From the NCBI GenBank assembly GCA_964106915.2, contig OZ066914.1: a DNA stretch of 64,000 bases, one strand, 5' to 3'. Positions 1 through 13,339 of the stretch are shown one piece after another (positions within the stretch are counted from its first letter, which is position 1; each line of letters begins with the position of its first letter). The stretch is from Podarcis gaigeae (Eukaryota). Made by a program: the position numbers and the translations under genes. The notes beneath the pieces were generated by a model. The model was not told where the DNA came from and made no database searches. It worked only from the letters and a program-made list of their open reading frames with translations.

Positions 1-10
1 CTTTACCTAG

Positions 11-172
<162 letters not shown>

Positions 173-186
173 TGAATGTCAACAAA

Positions 187-240
187 ATAATAATAATAAT
201 AATGATGATGATGATGATGATGATGTTGTTGTTGTTGTTT
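187..240. repeat. Compound microsatellite (AAT)n(GAT)n(GTT)n
   Basis: Directly visible. Confidence 0.9.
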
Positions 241-681
241 TCTATTCTTGGGCAATATTTATTTATTTATTATTATTATTTAGTCAATCTATATCCTGCC
301 TGCCCTTCATCTGAACATCGTAGCATAAGTTGTAATGTTACTATTTTTTAACATTTTCATACCTTGACTTCTCAAATCCAAACAAGGTGTCTTACTGTCC
401 CATTGTCTTTTGAATTCAAACTATTGAATTTCTGTCTGTTATTGTGGCATGTGCCCTTGGGGAAGGGGGTATTTTAAGTGGTTTGCATAGCATGGAGATG
501 TTTCAGCGGTTTCAAGAAAATAAGACCTTATAATTAAATAAAGCCAATTATAGTACTAAAGGAGTGGATATGAATATGTAATAACTTCATACCTTTGGTG
601 TTACATGGATATTTCAAGTGCATTTTATTACATTACAGAGCAGGGGCTGGGGAATAAGAGTCAAATGTATCCCTTGAATAG

Positions 682-846
<165 letters not shown>

Positions 847-1539
847 TGAGTGAATGTGTTATGTCCAGTTGTACCCCAAGATCCTTTCCTTACCTACATG
901 TATGATGGTTGTGAAAAGAATACTGATGGTTGTAGTATGTCTATCTGGGCTGCAAGAAATATAGTGGTCTGTAAGGACTGGACAATGTCAGTTATTAGCT
1001 TTACATACCTGGGTTCCTCAGTGGTATAGTGCTCACAGTTTCATAGCTCGATCTGTTCAATTGCAGAAAGTATCAAGCTTTATTGTTTACAGCACAGAAA
1101 GTGGGATTTAAAATATATTGTGCTTTAATCATAGTAGTACTTCTGAACCTATTTATCAGATTCATTTTGAGTGTGGCTCAGCTTATGTTTCAGATATTTC
1201 TATTACATTTAGGGGTTGCTCTGTAACTTGGTACTAATGGAACTTGAGTCTGTAGCTCATAGTTGTTCGAAGGCACAGACTACTGTGTGCTGGTTTACAA
1301 GTTACAAGGATGTGCTCCCAAATTCTATGGGATGCTGCTCCCATCTTACCTGTATATATGGCTTGTGAATTTATAAGCTACCCTTGAGCATTAAGGTTTC
1401 CAGGATTTTCAAGAAATAATAATAAACTATATAAACTTGGAGATAGTAGAATCACAAAAGCAGCAGGAAAAAGCCAAATGAGAAACCACATAAGAAGAGG
1501 CATCAACATAAAATCATGTTGTCAATATTTTTAAATTCC

Positions 1540-1915
1540 TGGAATTTTAAAAAAAGATTTTAACACAGAAATTACAACACCATTAGTATCTTGTGAGCTT
1601 CTCTGGGAAGAGCATACCAAACATAACTTCTCCAGTCATTTTTATGGGGCCACAGTTCACATGGGGGGCTCTCATGATAACTACAAGGTTCAGGAAGGTT
1701 CATATGGTAGAAGGTGGCCAGGTTCATAGCCATTTAGGGCTTTATAGGTTATGAATCGTGTCCAGAAACAGTGTGGCTGTTTTTAAGTACTACCCAAAAC
1801 AACCCTAATTGGTAACCTGGTAGATGTGTTTTGTACTAAAATATGTTTCTGATAAGTCTTCAAAGGCAGTACATTGCACTAGTAGAATGTTAGCAAGGCA
1901 TGGATAACTATGGCT
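1540..1915 (-). mobile_element. Old, degenerate L2-type LINE 3' fragment
   Basis: Weak similarity to the L2 copy at 9945-10702 (tttagggctttataggt, ttcaaaggcag...acattgca...tag). Confidence 0.4.
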
Positions 1916-2702
1916 AAACAATCTATTCAGGATTGCATCTGCTGCCACCAGCATCTCCAGTGCCTTACCTGTATCCAGTGAAAAGGAGACCTATAGCTGG
2001 GTGGCAGATGCTCAGAAGTACAAGGGATCCTACTGAGCAGTAGTCTCCCATCCAAGGAATTGTCCATCCAGGGAGGAGTGGAACTGCTGAAGTACACTGC
2101 TCCAATTCCCAAATCATTCAGCATATCTAGTACAATTCCATGCTTAATGTTACTGAAAGCTGCTACTGTTGAGATGTTCAAGTAACCAAGGCAGTTTCTG
2201 TGCCTTAAATCAGCTGTCATGGATCTGGATAATTTTCACCTAAGAGTCACTGAAGTTCTACAAGAACCACCCATTCAAACACTTTGCCCAGGAATCGGAT
2301 ATTGGTGAGCAGCCACTAGTTATAGTTCTTGGTATCTGAGGACGTTTTCTGTTGTGGCTGCCTCTCAAGTACTGTGTCTCCTTCAAGGTGGCCAGGACTA
2401 CTACTTATTGCGAAGACGTATGATTATGAGAGAGCATAATCGAGCAACCAGGTGGTCAACCACACGCCCCCACCAAACAACTTCTTGTGGCCCAAAGGTG
2501 GAACCAACTAAAACGTGTCCCACAGAATCAATAGAACAATTTGTACACCTCTGTTGTCCAAGTCAAAGTGGATGTGAGCAGCTATGTCCTCTTAAGTGCT
2601 TCGCTAATAAGTCACCATGGGCTACTGAGGGTTCCCTCAGATTGCCCTTATTTCATAAATCATTTGGGGAAAGTTCCATTGAATGAAACTGCAAGATGGT
2701 GA

Positions 2703-2832
2703 AGAATCATAGTGTTGGAAGGGACCCCAAGAGTCATCTGGCCAACCCCCTGCAGTGATGGAATCTTCTTGCCCAATGGACTTGGACCCACAACCCTGAA
2801 ATTGAGAGTCTCATGCTCTACCAACTGAGCTA
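2703..2832 (-). mobile_element. SINE with tRNA-Lys(CTT)-like head and CR1-like 3' tail
   Basis: 2771-2832 is the reverse complement of a degenerate tRNA-Lys(CTT); 2703-2765 is the reverse complement of a CR1 3' end (gggtcccttccaacactatgattct). Confidence 0.7.
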
Positions 2833-3443
2833 TTTTTTCCTACTGATGTATGCACTACTGGCTGATGGAGGATGTTTTGTCACCAGCAGTAAATCTGAAA
2901 CCAAGCAGCAGACATGAATACTCAGGAGGACAAAGAAAATGAGTATTGACTTCTGAATATTGACAGTGGGCTTGCCCAGAAGCCTTTTGTAAACAGAGAC
3001 TACAAAATGAACACTAAGAGATGTACAAATTGTTCTTGGGTTTAATAAAAATATGCAAATAGTTAACGTTTTATACATTTGAACAACTAAATCATCACAT
3101 TAAAATTAGGTTTGCTAGCAAGTACAATGCAGAAGCTGTTCATTTTGGATATAGGAGGACTAAAGTTAAATTTCTGCTTGTATATGAAGTTCACAGGGTG
3201 GCCTTGTACAAATTGTTCATAGTTTACATTCAGTTCACAGGGATGTTATGAGGTTGACACTGCTCTGAGCTCCTAGAGAAGAACGGGGAGATTAGCTATG
3301 ATATGTCCTATAAAATTCTTAGAATTCTTCAAAGGTGACTTCTAAAATACCATGTAACCTTTATATACAGGAGCAGATTGTTACTATCCTAAACCATTTG
3401 TGTGTGTGCAAGAAAAGTCTTTTCATAAATATCTGTAAACTAG

Positions 3444-3551
<108 letters not shown>

Positions 3552-4338
3552 TAAAGAATTTCTCGATTTGTTTTAAAAAAAGGAATAAATCATGCATGTC
3601 CTCGTTTCCTCTTGGCTCATTTACTAGTACTGCAGCAGAAGCAATTGGTTTAGTCTTGTACAACTAATACAACATGTTACGAAAGCCTAATCATGGGCTT
3701 GCTATCTTGTGAGAATACACACAGTAAGATTGCACCCAACTCTGCTTTTGGTTGGAACTATTGCATACATTGAATTAATATTCAGCTGACAGCTTCCACT
3801 CATACAAAATACACTGTTACCACCCCAACTCTGATTTTTCAGCTATGGTGGTCTGTACACCACAGTAAAGGTTACCTGATAAAAAGGCATCCAAATATTT
3901 AAACAAATTTTGTTACTTCACTTGGGGTCTCTCAACAGTTGTCATCTGCTTGCTCAAATTCTTATACTGCAGCAGAAACTTCAAAATTACTGTTAACAAA
4001 AGATTCAACAGCTGAGCAGAACAGTGCAAATTGCTTTTTGACTGAGTTCCTAGTTCTACTGCTGGTTTAATTGATATTTAATCTTTTCCCACCGCTTTTT
4101 CCTGTCGTCCATGTCTGAAATGGACATTCTGCTGTGAAAAGCCAACTTTTGGTGGCAGTGAGTTCGCAAAGGTATTTGCTGAAGTGCTGAAAGGGTAAAA
4201 ACTGCATTGGGAGATGTGGTAGGAGGGTGAAAAAGTGAGAGCCTGATGCTACCAATGCTAATATACAATCCCTTAATTGATTGCACTTCTTTGTCACATT
4301 TTAACGTTTTCACCACAATCTAGTGAGCAGTGATTTAA

Positions 4339-4780
<442 letters not shown>

Positions 4781-5056
4781 GATGGAAATAGCTCAACTTG
4801 GTCCTGTAATTGCTGTCTCTTTTTTTCTTTCCCTCTTTGCTCTTGAAGAACGCTTCTGTGCTTACTTACGTCGTTTATGAATCGCTTCCCATAAAAGATT
4901 TGACAATAAAGACATACATAAATACAATTTCAATCCAACACAGATGAAAAACTGGGATAAAAAATATCCACTTAAAAGCATTTTGGAATAGAAGTTTTCA
5001 GAAGGGAAGGTAGAGACAATGCGTTTCTGATATGTAAGGAGAGGGCATTCTAAAGG

Positions 5057-5396
5057 GTAGGTAAAGGTAAAGGGACCCCTGACCATTAGGTCCAGTCGTG
5101 ACCAACTCTGGGGTTGCGGCGTTCATCTCGCTCTGTAGGCTGAGGGAGACGGCATTTGTCTGCAGACAGCTTCCGGGTCATGTGGCCAGCATGACTAAGC
5201 CGCTTTTGGCGAACTAGAGCAGCACATGGAAATGCCGTTTACCTTCCCACCGGAGTGGTACCTATTTATCTACTTGCACTTTGACATGCTTTCAAACTGC
5301 TAGGTTGGCAGGAGCAGGGACCAAAACAACGGGAGTTCACCCCGTCACGGGGATTCGAGCCGCCTACCTTCTGACCAGCAAGTCCTAGGCTCTGGT
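5057..5396 (-). mobile_element. Sauria SINE, slightly 5'-truncated
   Basis: (AAAGGT)n tail on + (ACCTTT on -), diagnostic gtcatgtggccagcatgac and tacctatttatctacttgc body, tRNA-like B-box ggattcga near the right end. Confidence 0.9.
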
Positions 5397-5399
5397 ACC

Positions 5400-5690
5400 A
5401 TCACACTGAATTGTCCAATTCCTACATTGTGCAGAGCAGACCTTCTGATAAGATGGCATCTGAAGGAGGCCCTTTCCTGCAGAGTACAGTGATCAGTTTG
5501 GTATATAAGGGGTGAGGCAATCTTCTAGGTATCCTATCTTGAGCTGAATAAGGCTTTCAGCACCAGTGCCAGCACCTTGAACCTATCCCGGTAGCTAATT
5601 GACAGCCAGCGCAAGCTTTTTAGCAGCTGCGGAACATGGTGGTTAGATTCTGAACCCAGTGAGCAGTCGAGTTGCTGCATTTTGTTGATA
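5400..5690 (-). mobile_element. L2-type LINE 3' fragment (host of the Sauria SINE)
   Basis: ccagcaccttgaac...gacagccagcgcaag...gctgcattttg motif order shared with other L2 copies; the left part continues at about 4990-5055. Confidence 0.55.
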
Positions 5691-6277
5691 GGTAACATCT
5701 CTTTTTTAAAAACGACACCCTAAGGCTATAATCTTAAATTAGAAATTTATATGAAATATATGAAGTGAAATCAGAAAGCGGGTCCCATTGAAACTGCACA
5801 GTTTTTCTGAGTAAATGTGTTTAGAGTCAGATTAGCAGCTTGCCTGTGATGTAAGCATTTGCGGTTTGCTATTATAGCTCGGACTTTATTTAAGGGTTTT
5901 TCTGAGTAACAATTGCTTACGTACATTTGTAAGCAGCCTTGCTCTTTTAAATTGAGGCAGAGCTTAATTTTAAAAAAGAAATAAATGAGTTCAAAGCCTG
6001 GCGACATAAATAATCTGCCCTATTAGATTGAGCTGGATTCGATCTTTCATGGATAGAAATAACACTCTTGCTTTATAGAGCAGGAACACAACACTTTGTG
6101 TGTTCCAAACGTTTCGGAATAAAAACTTTCCCCAAAGACTTTGCAGCCATTCACGTTTTAGGGTAAGTTTGCAGATGAATGATTATGTGAAATCATTATG
6201 AAAAGAGATTAACTTGCAAAGCATATTGGGTTATAGTTTGTCCTTTGTTGAAATCTCTTTTGTTCTTGTTTGGTTCT

Positions 6278-6417
6278 NNNNNNNNNNNNNNNNNNNNNNN
6301 NNNNNNNNNNNNNNNNNNNNNNNNNNNNNNNNNNNNNNNNNNNNNNNNNNNNNNNNNNNNNNNNNNNNNNNNNNNNNNNNNNNNNNNNNNNNNNNNNNNN
6401 NNNNNNNNNNNNNNNNN
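6278..6417. other. Assembly gap (140 N)
   Basis: Run of N. Confidence 1.
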
Positions 6418-7878
6418 AGTGGATTAGAAAAACTTCAGAACATACAGAAATTGGCTAGTTGGTTACTGCTTTAAAATACTGCTGAGGTGTTTTGTTTGAG
6501 CATGCTTTTCTATTGTATTGCAGAATAGTCATTAAATTAATAGTATGTATGGCATTTATACAGTTTTATAAATATTTTAAGTATTTAAGTCTTGTGTTAA
6601 TGGTTTGGGGATGGTAATGCAGGTGAGCAGCTAATATTGCTGCTGTAGTTGTGATGAGATGTCAACTTGCATGCGTATTATAACAACATAATAATTGTTG
6701 TTTGTTGTTAACTTTCATTTTGAAAAGCCAAGAATGTTGGTACAAGTGTGTTGATTTAACAAAACAAAAAGGAATTAAAAAAAAAAATAAGACTCAAGCA
6801 AGTATCTGAAATGCAGGATATTGTTCAGGCATATCTAGAGCTGAAATACTTTCAGAGATTCTGAGAAGGAGCACTTTGTGCATTGTTTTTGGTGCTAGTC
6901 TTCAGTTTGCCTTCAAGATCTCTCATTTGATACAAAGTATTGTACCATTGTTTTGCATTGTTTCAGAATATCTCTAGCTTCCGTTATTATTTTTGCCCAT
7001 TTAGTATCGCTTTCTGTAGTAAGCATTGATAACATGTATAAAAAGTTACTTAGTCTGGTTCACCACATGTTTAATCGGCAACTTTGGAATGAATAGAAGA
7101 GGAAGTAGAGTTTCTTAATTCTAATAAATACCTACATAGCCCTTGGACATGATAGGTCTGTTAATGAAACTTTCCAGTTCTGAAGCTTTCCTGGCTGCTG
7201 CTAGGCATTATGAAGCCTCTAAACTGTATCCACAGCCATTTCCTTTCTTCCGCTAAATATTTCACTTGTATCTATCTCTGCTTAGACCTGTAAGCCGCAT
7301 CTCATCTTGCATTTGTTGTGGGATGGGATTGAGATATAGGGGCCTGCAATGAATCAAGCACAGAGCATGATGTTGGAATAAGCTCTTGTACTCCTCCATA
7401 CCACTTACTGGAAATTTTGGGAGGGTAGAATGGTGTTGCCTGACAGGGCTTCCTCAACCCTTCAAGAGGCCTGGATTCTTTGGAAGATGGGGGAATTGAT
7501 TCACAGGTATTCTCACTGCCAAATCTCATAGGGAATTGCCTTAATATATTGCAGCAATTAGGAGAGAGGACTATCTCAAGTCTTCCTAGTTGCTAAGGCA
7601 TGCATGAAAAAAAGAAAGTGGGATTAGTGCTCTACTCTTCCCGCACTCTGCTCCCCTTATTTTGATGAGCTAAACTTGTAACTGATCAAACGTGTGTCCA
7701 GATAAATGACCTGCTGTGCACTAGTAGATCATTTAAAAATAGGAAGAACCAGATCTGGCCATGAAATGAGACTTGTTAAAACCTCCAACATAACAGGCCA
7801 AAATCAGTTAGGGAAAATTAACTTAGTTGATTTCACCACATAAAATGGTTATCTGAGGTGGAATTAATATGTTTGTGA

Positions 7879-8062
7879 AGGGGCCATAGCTCGGTGGTAG
7901 AACATCTGCTTTGCATGTAGAAGGTGCCAGATTCAATCCCTGACATCTCCAGGTGGGGCTGGGAAAGATTCTATCTGAAACCTTGGAGAGCCACTGCTGG
8001 TCAAGGTAGACAGTGCTGAGTGACCTGGACCAGTGGCCTGACTCTGTTTAAGGCAGCTACTT
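7879..8062 (+). mobile_element. tRNA-derived squamate SINE
   Basis: A-box tagctcggtggtaga, B-box gattcaatccc, LINE-like tail ggaccagtggcctgactc...aaggcagct; a second copy lies at 20762-20950. Confidence 0.75.
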
Positions 8063-8959
8063 CTTATCTGCTTATCCACTCTGATGTAAGGAAGAGATTG
8101 ATGGAGATGAAGCTTCATTTTATCTCTCTGTAGAAACTATTGTATTCATCCCAGGCCATAGCGAATCCACCTCCTAAGCAGTAGCTAATAGATGTAATTT
8201 GTTGGAAGCAAGCAATCTGCCAAAGAATAACTGCACCTACCTATGATGTAACACGGTGACAAAATGACACAATGAGTGTAAAACCCCATACGGGGGTGCT
8301 TGCCACAAGTTCAGGTGCCCCATTAACCTCAGTCTGCCATATCATTTTCTGTATGTTCTCTTTTCCACCCCAGCAGCTACTCTCACTTTAGAATCTGTGG
8401 TTCCTTTGTTCTTGGTTTGTTGTGAATTATTATAAAGAGAGAAAATTGGATACATTTGAAAGTGCTTGTGCATGGCGAGGTATAGTAAGTAAAATTGCAA
8501 CATTCCTTTTGCAAATTGATGCTGGCTCCCCTCCCCTTGTTTTTCGTAGGGTACTTTGGAGAGGTGAGCACCATGAGGCCAGTTTCCCCCCCTGAGCATC
8601 TTATTTGCTTAAACCTCACATATATTTTTCCACACAATATGAGGCATCACATCTTTACTGTTCTTTTATTTTAATGTTGGTTTCTTCCTGCAGTTTTTAT
8701 CTTCAGCTTGCTTTGTTCATTTGTGAGACTTTTTTATTTAAAAAAAGATACTGTATTAGGTGTCCTATTTCATCAAAGAACCCAAAGCGATCAATTTTTA
8801 AATCATTTTTTTAATGTGCACATTAAACAACAACAACAAAAACTGAAACCCCAATGAAATATTGAGATTGAACATCCCCACTCTTCCTTTCAATCACCAA
8901 ACGTACACTAGTAGTAAAAACCCCAGCTTGAGCATGTTAGCTCACTGATAGAAAGTGCA

Positions 8960-9760
8960 GTGCTTTCATTCAGGACCGGTGGCACATGGTCTCATCAGGC
9001 TGCCCCACTTACCCAACCTAGCAGGTGCATTCTGCGCTAGCTGCTGTCTCCAGACCATCCACAAGTGCATTACAGTAGTCCAAGCAGAAGGTCACCAGAA
9101 TGTGGACAGTTGAGTCCAGACTATTCTAGTCCAGGAACTGCTGTAGCTGGCGAACCAGCCTAAGCTAGGCATAAGCACTCCTAGCCCCAGAAGCCGCTTG
9201 AGACTCAAGTGATAGATTAGAATTTAGGAGTACTCCTAGGCTTTGGATATGTTTTTTTCAGGGGGAGTGAAACCCCACCCCAGAAGAGATCATCCACCTA
9301 ATTCCCCGGCACAGGAACCTCCCACCCACACTGACCCTGCCTTACTAGGATTCAGCTTTAGGTTTACTCACCCCCATCCAGCTTTCAGACACCGGTCCAA
9401 CACTTGCATAGCCATTCCTGATTCAGATGCAGTGGAGAGAGAGAGAGCTGTATGCCATCATCATTACTGAATAGCAAGAGAAGGAATAGACCCTCGCAAA
9501 AGACCACAGCTCAGAAGCCACAGAGCCAAGCAACAGTCTGCCAGTACTACTTTCTAATAAGGGCCCTACGAATAGGAGCAGAACCATCCTAATACAGCAT
9601 CTCCAGTACCCCCCCAAGTAATACTAGAAGGTCAGTGGTGTCAAAAGCTGCTGAGAAGTCAAGGAGAATTAACAGTTGCCCTGCCCTGCCTCTCTCTATA
9701 GAGATGAGTCAGGTCAACCAAGGCTGCTTTGGTTATAAAACTTGGCCTGAAACATGCAGT
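8960..9760 (-). mobile_element. L2/CR1-clade LINE reverse transcriptase fragment
   Basis: Minus strand encodes LLILLDFSAAFDT (around 9638-9675) and a degenerate LDYCNAL region. Confidence 0.7.
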
Positions 9761-9944
9761 GGCATTGTGATCACCTGGATGGTAGATTTCTGCCTCACAC
9801 AGGGACTTGTAACTGCCCAAGTCATCCTTGCAGGTTCCCTTGGCCAGAGTGTGTGCTTACAAGTGACCATGTAAATAGTGGTTATCTGTTGTGCTCAGAG
9901 TGCAACCACCTGTATGCAAAGGGGTTGGATCACTTGTAGACAGC

Positions 9945-9945
9945 A

Positions 9946-10004
<59 letters not shown>

Positions 10005-10702
10005 CCCGCCCAACTGGCTGGGTTTCCCCACCCACTGGGCAGCTCCCAACAGAATATTAAACAGAATAAAACATCAAACATTAAAAACTTCCCTAAACAG
10101 GGCTGCCTTCAGATGTCTTCTAAAAGTCAGATAGTTGTTTATTTACTTGACATCTGATGGGAGAGCGTTCCACAGGGTGGACGCCGCCACCGAGAAGGCC
10201 CTCTGCCTGGTTCCCTGTAACTTTGCTTCTCGCAGTGAGGGAACCACCAGAAGGCCCTCGGGGATGGACCTCAGTGTCTGGGCTGAACGATGGGGGTGGG
10301 AGGCGCTCCTTAGGTATACTGGACGGAGGCCGTTTACGATTTACAATTACAATATCTTTATTGTCATTGTCCCTTGCGGAACAAAGGGTTTTAAGGTCAG
10401 CACCAACACTTTGAATTGTGGTTAAAAGCATACTGGGAGCCGATGTAGGTCTTTCAGGACCAGTGTTATATGGTCTCGGTGGCCACTCCCCGTCACCAGT
10501 CTAGCTGCTGCATTCTGCATTGGTTGCAGTTTCCGGGTCACCTTCAAAGGTAGCCCCACGTAGAGTGCATTGCAGTAGTCCAAGCGAGAGATAACTAGAG
10601 CATGCACCACTCTGGCAAGACAGTCTGCGGGCAGGTAGGGTCTCAGCCTGCGTACCAGATGGAGCTGGTAGACAGCTGCCCTGGACACAGAAGGGATTGA
10701 TC
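9945..10702 (-). mobile_element. Young 5'-truncated L2 LINE with probable target-site duplication
   Basis: Minus ORF VYQLHLVRRLRPYL...VHALVISRLDYCNALYVGLP...QNAAARLVTG is an L2 ORF2 C-terminus; flanks cacttgtagacagc (9931-9944) and cacttgtagatagc (10703-10716). Confidence 0.9.
9946..10002. repeat. (AAT)19 microsatellite at the L2 3' tail
   Basis: Directly visible. Confidence 0.95.
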
Positions 10703-12493
10703 CACTTGTAGATAGCTTCAACCTTCACTCCGAAACACCTCACCATCTATTACTCAGTGAACCTTTCTATCCACAACTGGCTCATCCCATTCATAACCCA
10801 AATGCAATCCAGACTCACCCTGGTCTACCTTTACCTTCTATTGTTAAGGGGGTCTTTATCACATGGCAGGGGTCCAGACTCCCCTGTAACACCCCCAAGT
10901 GCCTCCCCTTCAGAATTACCCCACTAGACTGGCCCATTCCTTCCTTTATTTGTCCCAACCCAGATAGCAGTTGCTGGGAACTAGGATCAGGTGGTTCCCC
11001 CCCGACAGACTTTTCTTTTTATTTCAAGCAGTCCAGGCAGCAATGGCTGCTTTGGGGGAGCAGAGATGGGTGTCGCTTGCAGCTGCCTCTCATTTGATCC
11101 CCACATGCTCCCTGCTGTCCCCTCCTCCTGCATCTTCAGAAAGTTGGCCCCATATACATGATGCTGATACTGCACTTTGGGCCTTGATCCACTTAGCTAT
11201 AGAGGTAATTGTACAAGACATAGAGAGGGGTAAGGGAAAGACTTAATAGGTTGGCAACATACAGAGAAACATTCTTGCGCTGTCGTAGGAAATGACACCT
11301 CCTTTTTTTCATCCAAGTGCCGACTCATGGGCGAACCATGATTGAAAGCTGAATATGGGTGAGCCCTCCGAATCAAAATCCTGAGCTGAAGAACTAACAA
11401 TGGCTGGCAAATCTTGTACTCTGTGGGAGGTTTGGACTCCCACCATAAATAGTTCCCTCCTCCGGTTGGTTGTCATGGAGTGATTTTGGTTCTGCATCTA
11501 CTGCGAGCGCTGGCCAGGTATTCTTACAATGAGTTCCATCTGTTGAAAGGGCTGTGTCCTTGTGAGCTAGATAGGACCCGGCCACTGCAATCCATTCTGC
11601 CTTCAGTTTGTACAGATGGGGCAGCCCACCTCTTGCTTGGCAAGGCGACTAGTTGCAATTTATGTCACTGCTACAAACTTTGCATTGGTTCCCTAAATGT
11701 TGCCATAGCAAAAGTCAGAGGGCAGATTCTAGTTTCAGAAAGCCATGAGCAATGTGCTGTAGAAGCAAGAGCCCTTCCCCACAATTCCCGCCCTCCTCCC
11801 TGGCATCAACCTTAGAGTGCCTTCAAAATTCTGCCATCTTTGTGCCAAGTTCCAGTTGCAAAGGATGCGCAGGTAAATGATCTTGTTTGCTGTTCCCTGG
11901 TTATGGAACTGACTGTCCCCTGGAGACTTCCTGTAATCCAGTGGCTGAGGATCTTCCAGAAGTAGCTAAGGTTGTCTTTTGATGGCTACAGTTCAGTCAG
12001 AGGGGTAAGCATTATCAGCTTCACTGTTATTTCTTGTAGCAGAACATAATTTATAGCAGTGTTTGCCACAGTGCAGTAAGTTGTTCCTGTCTGGAGGCAG
12101 GGAAGAAGCAATAGTGGGTTTAGGAAAGTAGCCTTTCCAGGGGGCCTGTGCCAAGGCTTGAAGCACAGAGCTATGGTGCTGCAGACAGTTTTGCCTGAAA
12201 GCAGCCATCGTGGGTTGCCACTGTGCACTCTGAACCATTCAACTAGTGCTGCCCCCTCTTTTATTTTTGCGTTTTGTGCTCCCCCCCCCCCGCTTCCTCT
12301 TTCCCACTGTTCCCTGCTAGTGGTTTCTGATCTTTTCAGTGCACTGTACCTGACCCTATAGTTCTTTCCTTTTGCTCTCAAATGATGCCGCAGGGCTATC
12401 TTTCCCCTATCTCACAGTACATTTGCTAATACTTTTAAATCCTGCTTTCCTGTCATATTTTGTGCTTTTTCAGGTTCTAGTTTTTAAAAGAGT

Positions 12494-12525
12494 GTTTGTT
12501 TGTTTGTTTGTTTGTTTGTTTGTTT
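12494..12525. repeat. (GTTT)n microsatellite
   Basis: Directly visible. Confidence 0.9.
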
Positions 12526-13159
12526 AAAATTGTGTCTGCTATATTGTAGCATGCAATAAGTTTCTTCATGATGTAATTTGTTTTGGTGAGATTGTAGATT
12601 CATCCACAGTGCTTTCCTGTATGTAAATTGCTTCACAGCTTAGGAGTGTTTACATGCAGAGTGTTAATCTATACACTGAATAGTGCCCTTTCTTAAGCAT
12701 TTTATTCTTACCTGTCTTCTGTCTAACTGGCTTATTTGGACAAATACGGAGAGCTTAGTGAATTGGTTGAGAGAAATGCCAACAAAATCAAGAAAACTTA
12801 ATGTTGATTTCTCTGGCCTTTCTGCATTACTGTGGGCTGTGTGACTGACACATTCAGATCTTCTGTAATGCAAGAAGATGACTTTGGCACAGATCTTTGG
12901 CTGCTTCTAAATGCAACTTCAGTTCTGTCAAGTTGACAACTTGGATCTGAAGCCTAACTCATAAGCTCTCTTTTCAGTCATATCACAAATCCTCAACTCT
13001 AGTACTGACTCCAGTGTCTCGCTTTTCCCCACCTTCCATTATATTTCAGAGTGTTTTTAAGGAAGGAGTACAAAGCTTGCCAAAGACATTAGTCTTTGTA
13101 ATATCAGCATGCTAGACTACCATCTTTGAGCAGTTATATAGATTGTATGCTTAAGGCAC

Positions 13160-13225
13160 ATTTCTGACATACATTAAAGCTAATTTCAGTAATTTCTGAC
13201 ATACATTAAAGCTAATTTCAGTAAT
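13160..13225. repeat. Perfect 32-bp tandem duplication
   Basis: atttctgacatacattaaagctaatttcagta x2. Confidence 0.95.
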
Positions 13226-13339
13226 ACGTCTGAACATTTTTTTCTCTTAACCTCACAAATCTTAAACACATGAGTAGGTAAAGGTAAAATTAGCCCTTGG
13301 AAACACTTCCAGAAATGAGCAGTTGCTCTCACCAGATTG

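Noticed and set aside
2771-2832. Functional tRNA-Lys gene
   Set aside because: Acceptor stem incomplete, T-arm and anticodon region mutated, fused to a CR1 tail; it is a SINE head
9857-10081. Poly-Tyr and poly-Ile ORFs
   Set aside because: Translation of the (AAT)n microsatellite
10800-11950. Possible LTR or LINE relic with several short ORFs
   Set aside because: No diagnostic motif, LTR pair or TSD that I could verify
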